Positions 35,493-45,641 of a DNA stretch of 64,000 nucleotides are shown in pieces. The notes beneath the pieces are model-generated. The model did no database searches. It saw nothing but the letters and a program-made list of their open reading frames with translations, and was not told where the DNA came from. Made by a program: the position numbers and the translations under genes. The stretch is taken from the sequence record NC_023719.1, one strand, 5' to 3'. Numbering within the stretch: position 1 is the first letter of the stretch; each line of letters begins with the position of its first letter.

Positions 35493-36290
35493 ATGAAAAA
35501 TGAAGAGAGATACAAAGGCTATATTCAAGTAGATAACGATAAACTTGCTTCCTACTACGAAGGAAAAAATTTAGATGAACTATGTGCGAATCAATATTTA
35601 GTAACTGAAGATGGGCATGTTGTTAAATTTAATTGAGAAAGAATTGTTCATTTGAATTTACCAGAAATGAAAAACTTTAAAGCCAAAAACATCCATCAAA
35701 AGATGGCACTCGATTTATTACATGATAAGAGCACTCCTGCAAAATGCTTGGTAGGTATTGCGGGTTCAGGTAAGACAAGATTAGCTATTCAATATGGTTT
35801 ACATTTATTAGCAGAAGGCGACATTCAAAAAATCTTTATTACTCGTAACCCAGCTACTGTCGGTGAATCAATTGGTTTTTTACCTGGTGATAAGTCTGAA
35901 AAAATAAACTTTATCACACAACCAATTTTAGATAACTTAGAAAATGGTGAATTTGGTCTAGCACACATGATACAAAAAGAACAATTAGAATTTGATGCTC
36001 CAAACTTCTTACAAGGTCGAGATATCCGCCATGCATTAGTTATTGTAGACGAAGCTCAAATGATGGATAGAGCATTGGTGAAAATGCTTGGAAGTCGTGT
36101 TGGAGAAGGTTCACAAATTGTTTTTGTTGGTGACTATGAACAAGCATTCGATAAAAGATATAAAGGCGAAAATAACGGTCTATTGCACATGATTAATGCG
36201 CTTAAAGGCGAAAAAATCTTTGGCGTAATGGAACTTCAAGATAGCGTGCGCGGACCTGTAGCTGAAATGTTCGCTAAAATGGACATTTAA
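35493..36290 (+). pseudogene. phoH: PhoH-family ATPase interrupted by an in-frame TGA at 35634-35636
   Basis: GIAGSGKT, GFLPGD, LQGRDI and IVDEAQ motifs; upstream 47-codon ORF from ATG 35493 is in the same frame, separated by one TGA. Confidence 0.7.
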
Positions 36291-36370
36291 ATATATCATC
36301 ATAATAAATAGTTATTTTTTAAAACCCCTCTTCTATTCTCTTATTAAAAGAATAAAAAAGGGGTTTTATC

Positions 36371-36829
36371 GTGCCTACAATAAAGAATGTTTCAAATAAT
36401 AATATCATTATTTTTAATAAGATACTCGAACCTGGGAAATCAACAAATATTAATCGAGTACAATTAGATGAAATAGAAGATCTTATAAATAGCGAACAAT
36501 TAAAAATTGAACCACGTCAAAATAAGAAAGTAGAGAAGCCGAAAATGGAGACTGCAGCTATTGTAAATGAAATAGATAAGGAACAATTCTTAGAAGTAAA
36601 AGAGAGATTAATTCCAGCGTTTTTCAGTTTACATTTAAATGAAAGTTTAACTAAAGAACAATTAAAAGACTTGATATGGTTTTTTAAAAACGTTGGACCT
36701 ACATCTCAATTAGAAGATGAAGTTAAATCTTTAATGAATGATGTTGCTTCTGGAGAAGAATTAGTTGAAGTGCTTTTAAATAACTTATACCCTGAGTTAA
36801 TTAATAGTTATTTGAAAAATAATAATTAA
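36371..36829 (+). CDS. Hypothetical protein, probably structural
   Basis: 152 aa; N-terminus loosely resembles that of 32297..32809. Confidence 0.6.
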   Translation: MPTIKNVSNNNIIIFNKILEPGKSTNINRVQLDEIEDLINSEQLKIEPRQNKKVEKPKMETAAIVNEIDKEQFLEVKERLIPAFFSLHLNESLTKEQLKDLIWFFKNVGPTSQLEDEVKSLMNDVASGEELVEVLLNNLYPELINSYLKNNN

Positions 36830-36917
36830 TTAGTAAAGAAATTTTTATTTGAAGTTCGCTTATTATATTTATGGTAGACTGTAAAGTTTACTATTATATA
36901 GTTAGGGGTGATATTCT

Positions 36918-37139
36918 ATGGCTAAGTACAAATTAAAAGGCAATATCGATGGAGTAGAGCAAGTTTTCCTAGTTTTACACGAAAAAGGAAAAGATACTCA
37001 AATGTTAACTATGGTTGAAGGCGTTGAATACGAACTTACTTTAAACCAAGTAAACATGTTACCAAAAGACAAAGATGGTAAAGTTATTGGTTTATTTGAA
37101 GAAGTCGTAGCACCACCAGAAGTAGACCCAGAAGGTTAA
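36918..37139 (+). CDS. Small hypothetical protein
   Basis: AGGGGTG RBS, followed by a terminator. Confidence 0.65.
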   Translation: MAKYKLKGNIDGVEQVFLVLHEKGKDTQMLTMVEGVEYELTLNQVNMLPKDKDGKVIGLFEEVVAPPEVDPEG

Positions 37140-37257
37140 TAGTACTAAAAAGAAGCAAGATAAAACTTGCTTCTTTTTTATGAATAATAATTGTTAATTT
37201 TGATATTTATTTATAAGACGACAATAGTCGTTAAAAAAAATATTGGAGGTGTTAAAT

Positions 37258-37797
37258 ATGGCTGTTATTTTAACTCCCATTAATCAAGTAGCTTCTCACC
37301 CTACATCAAAAAGAGAAAGAGAATTGATTCAACAACTAAGAGTTATGCTTAAAGATTTACCTCAAGACGTAAATAGAACTTTAAACACATTAGTTGAAGA
37401 AGATAGAGGTGAACGCTGGTCAGATATGCAATTGTTGATTTATTTGCAACAAGCTATTGCAGATATTAATGCTGAACCGGCTCATACTAGTTATGAACTT
37501 GATAATTTTCCGGAACCATGGAAAGCGTGTGTTATTAATGGTTCAATGATCTTCGCTTTAATTGCGGAAGGTATCCTTCAGGTGGGTGAACAATTTTCGT
37601 ATTCGGATAATGGTATTTCATTATCTATCAATCTTGCTCAAGGTTATCAGTCTATGGCTCAAATGCTTTTAGCAGGCTATACTCAATTGAAGAAAGATAT
37701 TAAACGAGCTATGAGACCAACTGCCGCTGGCGTTAAGTCGAGTCCAGCTCCGGTGCGAATTAGATCTTATGCTCCGCGTCAGTGGACGTATAGATAA
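37258..37797 (+). CDS. Probable head-tail adaptor (neck) protein
   Basis: LRVMLKD...WSDMQL..YLQQAIADIN...FSYSDNGISLS helical neck-protein pattern; ATG behind GGAGG. Confidence 0.5.
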   Translation: MAVILTPINQVASHPTSKRERELIQQLRVMLKDLPQDVNRTLNTLVEEDRGERWSDMQLLIYLQQAIADINAEPAHTSYELDNFPEPWKACVINGSMIFALIAEGILQVGEQFSYSDNGISLSINLAQGYQSMAQMLLAGYTQLKKDIKRAMRPTAAGVKSSPAPVRIRSYAPRQWTYR

Positions 37798-37838
37798 TAA
37801 TCATTTAGTGATGGAAAGAGGCTATATGCCTCTTTTTA

Positions 37839-37867
37839 TTTACATAAAATCAATAATATGATATAAT
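37839..37867 (+). promoter_or_regulatory. sigmaA-like promoter
   Basis: TTTACA-N17-TATAAT with TG near -10, right after a terminator. Confidence 0.7.
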
Positions 37868-37904
37868 ATCTTTATAAGGAAATAAAAGAAAGGAGAAAAA
37901 AGTA

Positions 37905-38225
37905 ATGGGGGCTTTTTATAAAAAAACATGTCCAATATGTAATAATAAATTAACTAAAGAGAGGGTTAATTCAGTTAGGCGAATAGAATGTCCTAATCAA
38001 TGTTATGGTTACTTCAGATTTTCATCACAAGATGAATTGTATCAAGTGCAGGTTAGGGTTTTTGGGAAGTCGTTTGATGTATATAATGTAATTCAGGGCA
38101 ATAGGAAAACATATAAACAAACAAGCAATATTACAAAAGAAATAAATTACTGGAAAGAAGATGAACGATATCTATTAAAATTATTGACAATAGATAAAAA
38201 TGAACGTCTTCAGTGGCCAAAGTAA
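37905..38225 (+). CDS. Hypothetical protein with zinc-ribbon N-terminus
   Basis: CPICNN...ECPNQC. Confidence 0.65.
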   Translation: MGAFYKKTCPICNNKLTKERVNSVRRIECPNQCYGYFRFSSQDELYQVQVRVFGKSFDVYNVIQGNRKTYKQTSNITKEINYWKEDERYLLKLLTIDKNERLQWPK

Positions 38226-38301
38226 TAAGAGACCCATGGTCTCTTTTTTTTTATGTTTTGATTTTTACAATTGCGGAAGATTTCTTTGTTAATAAAAATT
38301 G

Positions 38302-38330
38302 TTTACAAAATCACAAAAATATGGTATAAT
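38302..38330 (+). promoter_or_regulatory. sigmaA-like promoter
   Basis: TTTACA-N17-TATAAT. Confidence 0.7.
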
Positions 38331-38371
38331 AATATTATAAGGAACAAAGAAAAATTAAGGAGGGGAATCAA

Positions 38372-39505
38372 GTGGTAAATTATGTTGTTTTAGATCTTGA
38401 AGCAAATAATGATGAAATAATTGAAATTGGTGCTATAAAATTAGATAAGAATTTAAAAACCATTGGTAAGTTTAGGACGTTTGTAAAACCTCTTAATCAA
38501 ATTAGGCTTTCTAGTTTTATAAGAGACTTAACTAAAATAAAACAAGTAGATATTGATAATGCCAAAACTTTTGACAAGGTTTATGATAAGTTTTTAAATT
38601 GGGTAGGGAATGATTCTATCATAATAACTTGGAGTAATACTGATAAGTATTTCTTAAATAAGGAATTTAATAGATACAAAATTACAAATAAAGATATTTT
38701 TAAAAGATTCTTAAATATCCAGAGAAGGGTTTCGCAAATTTTATTAAGTAATGATGAAGTAGGGTTAAAGCGCGTTTTGAAGAAATTAAAAATAGAACCC
38801 CGTGGTCAATTTCATAGGGCTTTAGATGATGCTATTAATACGTCTAGGGTAATGGTGAAATTATTTAACTTATTAGGTCAATTCAATATTACAAAAAATG
38901 GTTATGCAGTTTTGAACACTGAGGGACCTACCAAAATAGATAAACAACGCTACAAAAATCAAATGAATAAACTCACTATGGGAGAGTTAGAAGAAAGAAT
39001 TAGCGTACTTAACTCTGTTATGGATAGTGAATTCGAGAAAGAAAAAATTGAAAAAAAATACTTATTTAGTATTACTAGCGAGAAATATAAAATAATAAAA
39101 TCTATTTGGATGGAGAAAAAGAAATTAGAGATACTAACATCTCAAGATATGGATATTGCGCAAATAATTTTATTCACTAATAATGTCAATAGATTGTTTA
39201 CTCATAAAAATGAATTTATATTAAAAAACAATTTAGATGAAAAAGAGTTGCTTTTTGATAAAGAAAGTCAAAAAGAAATTAAACGACTAAAGACAGTGGC
39301 TAAAAGATATAATAAGATTGATTATTTAGAAATAACTAAAGAAGCAGTAATAAAAAATTATAAAGCTATTGTTTCTTTAATCCATAGAATACTTATGACT
39401 CCATCTTTTAATGTCAATTATAAAGAAGATTTGTCAGAAATTTTAAAATCTACCGAAAGAAAATTAAGCAAATTAATTACAAGTCGTGGGAAGGTGGCTA
39501 GTTAA
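38372..39505 (+). CDS. DEDDh 3'-5' exonuclease (KapD/ERI1-like) with C-terminal extension
   Basis: VLDLEA, IIEIGA, TWSNTD and FHRALDDA motifs. Confidence 0.85.
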   Translation: MVNYVVLDLEANNDEIIEIGAIKLDKNLKTIGKFRTFVKPLNQIRLSSFIRDLTKIKQVDIDNAKTFDKVYDKFLNWVGNDSIIITWSNTDKYFLNKEFNRYKITNKDIFKRFLNIQRRVSQILLSNDEVGLKRVLKKLKIEPRGQFHRALDDAINTSRVMVKLFNLLGQFNITKNGYAVLNTEGPTKIDKQRYKNQMNKLTMGELEERISVLNSVMDSEFEKEKIEKKYLFSITSEKYKIIKSIWMEKKKLEILTSQDMDIAQIILFTNNVNRLFTHKNEFILKNNLDEKELLFDKESQKEIKRLKTVAKRYNKIDYLEITKEAVIKNYKAIVSLIHRILMTPSFNVNYKEDLSEILKSTERKLSKLITSRGKVAS

Positions 39506-39841
39506 GTGGATTATAAACCCATGTTAATTGAAGCATTAAAAGAAATAGATAAGTGGTATAGCATAAGAAATGAATTGCGTTTAAATGAAAATGAACTTTT
39601 TTATATTGATTTCTATAGAGATATACGCGCTAATTGTTCTCTTATTCGTTCAAAATTTAAAAGTTGGAATACCGTAGAATATGTAAGTAATATGGGCTAT
39701 AAACTTCATAGTGAAATAAAAGAATTCATAAGACTAATTAGCCCACTTATAGAGAGTAATCCTGCTCACAAAGATAAGTTGGGAGAAATAAAAGATAATT
39801 TAGAGACATTGATTGTGATATTTGAATTATCTGATTGTTAA
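39506..39841 (+). CDS. Hypothetical protein
   Basis: Abuts the upstream gene; 111 aa, helical. Confidence 0.6.
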   Translation: MDYKPMLIEALKEIDKWYSIRNELRLNENELFYIDFYRDIRANCSLIRSKFKSWNTVEYVSNMGYKLHSEIKEFIRLISPLIESNPAHKDKLGEIKDNLETLIVIFELSDC

Positions 39842-39856
39842 AGAAAGGAGATTAAG

Positions 39857-40213
39857 ATGATTGAAAGGATTAATGAATATAATTATGAAAAATTTAAAGA
39901 AATGATTTATGAGATAAGTCAAAATAAATATAGAATGTTTGGACATTTAAATAGGTATCTTTTAACTTTAGAACAAGAAAAAATCGCAAGGAGAATAGAA
40001 TCACTTGTAAAGACTGTCGCTAGATATAATGTACAGTTGCGAGTGATGAAAGATTTCCCTCAATTAAATGACTTTAAAGGTGAATTGAGTGACTTAAGTT
40101 ATGTAATTAGAGAAACTAAATCAAATGAGGGACTCCAAAATGAATACTGCTTCTTAATAGAAAAATGGGAGAGTGATTTAATTAGCTTAGAAATAATGGT
40201 CGCGCTAAACTAA
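39857..40213 (+). CDS. Hypothetical protein
   Basis: AAGGAG RBS, 118 aa. Confidence 0.65.
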   Translation: MIERINEYNYEKFKEMIYEISQNKYRMFGHLNRYLLTLEQEKIARRIESLVKTVARYNVQLRVMKDFPQLNDFKGELSDLSYVIRETKSNEGLQNEYCFLIEKWESDLISLEIMVALN

Positions 40214-40282
40214 AAATGGTGTTAAAAAAAATTAAAAGCCTTCTTATAATATATGTATATTATATTATGAGGAGGCTTTTTT

Positions 40283-41287
40283 ATGACGACAGAAATGAAA
40301 AAATACATGGATATCCCACGACTTGGACACAAAACAACAGTAGATTATTTTTCGCACATTGCATCTAAAGGGCTTGAAATTCAAATTGGTGTTAAATTAG
40401 ATGGTTCAAATGGACAATTTGAAGTAAATGAAAAAGGAGAGTTACTTGTTTATTCACGAAATCACTTGTTAGATGAAGAAAACAACTTACAAGGATTTTA
40501 TCAATACGTGACTGAAAAAGTTGATCCTGCAAAAATACCAGCAGGTTTCAAGATTTTTGGTGAATGGCTAGTGCCACACAAAATAGTTTATCCAAAAGAT
40601 ATGTATCGACAATTTTATTTATTCAGCGTTTATGATTCGAATAATAAAGAATACATTTCACCTAAGTCTGACACTTATAAACAAATTTCAAATTATATTG
40701 TTGGCGAATTAGGAATGAAGTCTGAGATTATTTTATATGAAGGTATTTACCAAGGGGTAGGGCATATCGGTGAAATATTGAAAAAAGTTACACGTGATGA
40801 TGAAGAGTATGTTAATAAAGAAGTAGAATCTATTGATGATGTTTTCCATGAAGGCATCGTAATTAAAGCTCACGATTATCGCGATCGATATGGTGATCAA
40901 TTGTTTGTAAAAGTTGTTGGCGAACGTTTTAAAGAAATCAAGAAAGTAAAATATAAAAATAAATCAAAAGGTCCTGATACTTCTGTTGAAGGTCAAATTG
41001 TTGAATTTGCAGTTACAGAAGCGCGGGTTGAAAAAATGCTTTATAAATTAGTTGATGAAGGCATTTTGACTCCAGATTTTACTTTGGAAGATATGAATAC
41101 AATTGCTAAAAACTTACCAAAACGAATTTATGAAGATGTTTTCAAAGAAGAAGCAGATACAATCGCCGATCAATTTGGAGAATACGATATTAAAGCGGTA
41201 GGTAAAAAATTAAACGGCAAAGCTTTATCGTTAGCAAAAGTTATTATCAACAATCGAATTGAAGAAAAATTGAAACAAATGGAATGA
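40283..41287 (+). CDS. RNA ligase, Rnl2-like
   Basis: Motif I KLDGSN, III FGEW, IIIa FYLFSV, IV EGIVIK, V FVKV. Confidence 0.8.
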   Translation: MTTEMKKYMDIPRLGHKTTVDYFSHIASKGLEIQIGVKLDGSNGQFEVNEKGELLVYSRNHLLDEENNLQGFYQYVTEKVDPAKIPAGFKIFGEWLVPHKIVYPKDMYRQFYLFSVYDSNNKEYISPKSDTYKQISNYIVGELGMKSEIILYEGIYQGVGHIGEILKKVTRDDEEYVNKEVESIDDVFHEGIVIKAHDYRDRYGDQLFVKVVGERFKEIKKVKYKNKSKGPDTSVEGQIVEFAVTEARVEKMLYKLVDEGILTPDFTLEDMNTIAKNLPKRIYEDVFKEEADTIADQFGEYDIKAVGKKLNGKALSLAKVIINNRIEEKLKQME

Positions 41288-41419
41288 TTTTCACCCTTAA
41301 AACCTACTATTTTTTAAATAGTAGGTTTTTAAGAAGGAAAATACATAAATCAATTTTCTAATCACTCAGGGTGAATTATTTGATTATATAATAATTATAT
41401 TATATGAGGTGTAGATGAA

Positions 41420-41869
41420 ATGAATATTGAAATTTGGACAGATGGAACATCAAGGCCAAAAATGACAAATAAAAAAAATAAAGGGAAAGATGGACATTCT
41501 GCGGGTTCAATGGTTATTAAAAGTAATGACAGCGTATTACTTCAAGAATCTTTTTATCTTGGGGTTATAGATAATAATCAAGCAGAGTATTGTTCATTTA
41601 TTAAAGCATTAAAGTGCGCTATAGATCTAAATGTAGAACATGTTGTTTTTTATACTGATAGTAATTTAATAGAAAAGCAGATGAATAATAAGTATTCTGC
41701 GCATAAAGATTCAATAATTCCTTATTATGATGAGGCAAAGAATTTATTACAATCATTAAAATCATGGGAAGTAGTTTGGATTCCACGGACAGAAAATAGA
41801 GAAGCTGATAAATTAGCTTATGAATTTATTAAACAATGGCAATTAGAAAACATAACAAGAGATATATAA
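41420..41869 (+). CDS. rnhA: Ribonuclease HI-like protein
   Basis: WTDGTS, NNQAEY, YTDSNL and RTENREADKLA catalytic motifs. Confidence 0.9.
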   Translation: MNIEIWTDGTSRPKMTNKKNKGKDGHSAGSMVIKSNDSVLLQESFYLGVIDNNQAEYCSFIKALKCAIDLNVEHVVFYTDSNLIEKQMNNKYSAHKDSIIPYYDEAKNLLQSLKSWEVVWIPRTENREADKLAYEFIKQWQLENITRDI

Positions 41870-41913
41870 AGTCACACATTTTCTATTTTAAATAGAAGAA
41901 GTATTTTAAATTT

Positions 41914-42135
41914 GTGTTTGAGGTGAATGATTTGAGAAGATTGATTAGAAAATTAAATAGCGAAAAAGAGGTTTATGTTCCTCTAAACGAATTAGATGAA
42001 GCAGATGTAAAATTTAATAGATGCCCAATATGTAAGGGTGCTGATGAATTGAAAAGAGAAAATGGTTTTAAACATTGCCCTAATTGTAAATCAAAATATA
42101 AGACTTTTGATGGTAATGTGTATATTGTACAATAG
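41914..42135 (+). CDS. Small zinc-ribbon protein
   Basis: CPIC...CPNC; RRLIRK near the N-terminus. Confidence 0.65.
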   Translation: MFEVNDLRRLIRKLNSEKEVYVPLNELDEADVKFNRCPICKGADELKRENGFKHCPNCKSKYKTFDGNVYIVQ

Positions 42136-42146
42136 GAGGGAGTTAA

Positions 42147-42689
42147 ATGGAAGCACCGCGAATTACTATTTATTATAGGATATTAAGTAATGTTGATGAA
42201 ACTCCAGTAACAAATTTCATGTTTATAGATTCTACGAAAGATTTAACTTTAAATTATGGTCATATTGACCCAACTAAAGGTGGAGAATCTCCTTATATTA
42301 TAGAGTTTGATATATGGAATAATGAACCTGCTTTTGCTGCAGGTATGTTACCAGATAGAGTTAAGGATGCTAAAAATTGTACCTTTGAAGTTTGGGATAA
42401 CGCGAATTTAAATTCTATGAATAATTTAATTAAAGATAAAAAAATGTTTGTACATGCAAGATGTATTACTAAAACTAGAAATTCTAAATGGTTACCTATT
42501 GCTGGAGCGTACGTATCTCTCGACAAAGATGGTATATTTGGTAACGTTGATAAGACTAATGAGGGAGTTTTAAGTGGTCAACCGGGTGGTGATCACACTA
42601 TCATACAAACAAAATTAGTTTTGCCAGAGTTGGTTGGTTACAATAAAAATTTCAATTTCGTATTTAATTTTGGATACGATTACGATTAA
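42147..42689 (+). CDS. Probable virion structural protein
   Basis: Beta-rich 180-aa ORF at the head of the neck/tail cluster. Confidence 0.55.
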   Translation: MEAPRITIYYRILSNVDETPVTNFMFIDSTKDLTLNYGHIDPTKGGESPYIIEFDIWNNEPAFAAGMLPDRVKDAKNCTFEVWDNANLNSMNNLIKDKKMFVHARCITKTRNSKWLPIAGAYVSLDKDGIFGNVDKTNEGVLSGQPGGDHTIIQTKLVLPELVGYNKNFNFVFNFGYDYD

Positions 42690-42719
42690 ATATTAGTTTA
42701 TAAGTTAGGGGGTGGTTTT

Positions 42720-43589
42720 TTGAAAAGAAAAGGTAGTTTTGTAATAAAAGTATCTACGTATAAGAAGAGATTTTCAAGGATAACGTATGCACAATTAACT
42801 AACAATGGTTCTCCAATACAGGTTGTATGCAATGAAGAGGGGATTATTACTACTGCATTATCTGGAAGAATAACAAAATCTCGCTCAGCTTATTCTGATG
42901 GCATAAAAAATGCGAAAATTACAGCGTATAAGGATGGTAAAGTTTATGATTACACTTATACTCATAATGGAATAAATGAAGATGGAGAATATGATGCTAG
43001 GTTAGCTGGTAGTTATTCTTTGTTTTTAGAAAATGGCAAATATGACATAAGAATAGAAAGTGAATTATATAATAGAACTATAAAGAATTATCTTGTTGAA
43101 GATGGAATAAAGCTTTACAGAAAAACAATAAGGATGGGTCAAATAAAAGCTAAATACCCATTAGATGATGTAGTTAGAGAAGGATATTCAATAAATAATT
43201 TAGTTACTTTTGTTTCTTATTCAAAACAAGAGAATTGCGACTATAACGAAGCATTAGAACACACCGCGAAAGAAGCGTTAATAGTTGGTGTAATAAGAGA
43301 TCAGCACAATTTACCAACTGAGGATGCTGAATTAATAGTGGCAGATAGTAAAACAAAAGTTATAAAAGCTTTTATAAGAACTAAAGGAGATGGAAAATTT
43401 TCTTTTGTTTTAGAACCTGGGAAATATGATGTTATCTTAAGATCAACTAAGCATAGTGCGAAAATTGTAAGAGATTATGATTTTGTTGATTTTAGAAATG
43501 GATTTTTGTTAGATTTATTTAATATTGATAATGAAAATTACAATAATTCTTTAAAAAGTGGTGGTGAATGGTTATGGATTTCCAAATAA
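42720..43589 (+). CDS. Virion structural protein with CarboxypepD-like Ig repeats
   Basis: LFLENGKYDIRI and RTKGDGKFSFVLEPGKYDVIL repeats resemble those of 34175..35323. Confidence 0.6.
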   Translation: MKRKGSFVIKVSTYKKRFSRITYAQLTNNGSPIQVVCNEEGIITTALSGRITKSRSAYSDGIKNAKITAYKDGKVYDYTYTHNGINEDGEYDARLAGSYSLFLENGKYDIRIESELYNRTIKNYLVEDGIKLYRKTIRMGQIKAKYPLDDVVREGYSINNLVTFVSYSKQENCDYNEALEHTAKEALIVGVIRDQHNLPTEDAELIVADSKTKVIKAFIRTKGDGKFSFVLEPGKYDVILRSTKHSAKIVRDYDFVDFRNGFLLDLFNIDNENYNNSLKSGGEWLWISK

Positions 43590-44425
43590 ACGAGAGAAGA
43601 TTGCCTGCACCAATAAACATAACTGTTTCTATCCCAAAAGGGCCTGGACATTTATTGATAGTTTGGGATAGCGTTAAAAATCCAGATTTAAATAAGTATC
43701 CAGATGGTGAGCCTAAAATTATAAAAGTTAAATATAACGTATACAGAGGCCTTTCTATAGGTGGTATTTTCTATAAGATGAATAAACAACCATTAGAGCA
43801 ATTACGTTTTGAAGATGAAAAAGTTGGTAGAAACCCTAATACTCAATATTTTTATAAAGTCTCTACTGTTGCGGAATTTGATGATGGTTATGAAAAATAC
43901 GATGTTGAAGGTGAGTTATCTTCACCAGTTATTTTTCACATACCAACTACTAATAAGTGGTTTAAGAAAATAAATGAAAGAAACATGTGGATATTAAAAA
44001 ATACAGGCGTTTTAATGGATTTATATATTAGAAAAACTGATGGAGAACGCTGTGATAAATGTTTAAGTCAAACAAGAGGACAAGGATATGCTGATTGTTT
44101 AGAATGTTTTGGTACTACATATAAAGGTGGATATGAGCCTATGACTCAATTATATGTAAGACAAAAACCTGCAACACAACAATTAGAATTAACTCCTCAC
44201 GGTTATGTTCAAAACAGTACTCCAGGCGCATGGACAATTTCAAATGTTAAACTTACAAATAGAGATTTATTGATTAATCCAGAAGGTAAGATATTCTCTA
44301 TTACGGGTTCCCATGTTAGTCACGCTGCTGGTTATTTGTTTCACCAAGAATTAACAATGAGAGAGTTAGACCCAACAGATAGACTTTATAAAATAAAGAG
44401 AACAACTTTATACCCAGAATGGTAG
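43568..44425 (+). CDS. Probable neck/head-closure protein with FN3-like and Cys4 segments
   Basis: LIVWDSV..YNVYRG..YFYKVSTV (FN3-like) and CDKC...CLECFGT.YKGGY; position before the tail genes. Confidence 0.55.
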   Translation: MVMDFQINERRLPAPINITVSIPKGPGHLLIVWDSVKNPDLNKYPDGEPKIIKVKYNVYRGLSIGGIFYKMNKQPLEQLRFEDEKVGRNPNTQYFYKVSTVAEFDDGYEKYDVEGELSSPVIFHIPTTNKWFKKINERNMWILKNTGVLMDLYIRKTDGERCDKCLSQTRGQGYADCLECFGTTYKGGYEPMTQLYVRQKPATQQLELTPHGYVQNSTPGAWTISNVKLTNRDLLINPEGKIFSITGSHVSHAAGYLFHQELTMRELDPTDRLYKIKRTTLYPEW

Positions 44426-44496
44426 TGTTTTGTGTTAAATATTACAAATAAACTATCTATAATAATTATAGAGATTACAAGTTAGGAGACTAGAGA

Positions 44497-44841
44497 ATGA
44501 GAAGTAGAAAAATTACCATTGAGAATATTACTGGTAAAAGAATTGACGGTATTATTACTAATCAACCTATTGAGTTAACGGATCAACAGTTATCAGCAAT
44601 TGCTGAGGGAGTATTGCAAGTATTGTACAATATGGGGGTTTATTCTGGAGTAGAATTTAATTACGATTTAAAGCTCGATGATGGTACTAAATTTTATGTT
44701 CATGGTACAGACGTAACTGTTTTACCAGCAAATCAAGATTCTTATACTAGACGAATTAGAAATAATAGTCAAGTTGTTTCTAAACAAGATAAAAAAGATG
44801 ATGATTTCTTAAGAGAAATGGAAAAAATGGAAAGAAATTAA
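44497..44841 (+). CDS. Hypothetical protein
   Basis: AGGAG RBS, followed by a terminator. Confidence 0.6.
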   Translation: MRSRKITIENITGKRIDGIITNQPIELTDQQLSAIAEGVLQVLYNMGVYSGVEFNYDLKLDDGTKFYVHGTDVTVLPANQDSYTRRIRNNSQVVSKQDKKDDDFLREMEKMERN

Positions 44842-44995
44842 TAAAATGTTATTTTTATGAAAACCGTAACTTAATTAGTTACGGTTTTTAATTTTGTGAA
44901 AATAGAGCCTGTTATATTTTTATAAAGCTTGAATATACTAAATACGTAATACTGGACTATCTTTGTATTATAAATATCTTTGGAGGTGGTATCAA

Positions 44996-45559
44996 ATGAG
45001 AGCCTCCGCTCTAAAGTATACAAAAGATGTGATAATTGATTTATTGAAAGGTTTTTTAGCGAATTATGAGAATTATCAAAATTTCTGTGAAATAGATTTT
45101 TCTCATGCAATGGTATACGATAAAGAACCTAATGAGTTGAGATCATTTCCATTGGCGATAGTTTCCGGTAGTAATGGACAAGTTATCACTGGTGGGTTAC
45201 AGGATTTTGCTCATGAAATTCACAATCAGTTTGGTGATTTAGTAGCTTACCGTTATGGTGGAATGTATGAGTTTAATATCACTATTGATTTAGGTACTAG
45301 AAGTACGTTTGATAGGGAATTATTTTCAGACTTGATAGCTATGGCGTTAAGGGTTCATTTGAGAAGACATATTGAGAGAGAGGGTATTATCATTAAAGAC
45401 ATGAGATATGGTGGGGAAGCAGAAATACCTTATGATAGTGATAAAGTATATGCTTCTAGTATACAATTTACCACTTGGTCAGAATGGTATAAAGATATTG
45501 ACTTACTTGATATCGCTGATATTAACCTTAATTTTAATAGAGATTTGAATAACCCTTAA
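44996..45559 (+). CDS. Probable tail terminator/completion protein
   Basis: FPLAIVSG...ITIDLGTRSTFDRELFSDLI pattern; directly upstream of the sheath gene. Confidence 0.55.
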   Translation: MRASALKYTKDVIIDLLKGFLANYENYQNFCEIDFSHAMVYDKEPNELRSFPLAIVSGSNGQVITGGLQDFAHEIHNQFGDLVAYRYGGMYEFNITIDLGTRSTFDRELFSDLIAMALRVHLRRHIEREGIIIKDMRYGGEAEIPYDSDKVYASSIQFTTWSEWYKDIDLLDIADINLNFNRDLNNP

Positions 45560-45641
45560 CTATTAAGGAACACGGTAATTATGGTAACTTCTTCTTATTA
45601 GGAGTTAAATATTATAAATGCAATTAAAGGAGGTAACAAAC

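Noticed and set aside
35634-35636. Genome-wide TGA-to-Trp recoding
   Set aside because: TGA ends genes at 169, 457 and 1367 where paralogues end in TAA, and also ends 8829 and 41287, so TGA is a normal stop
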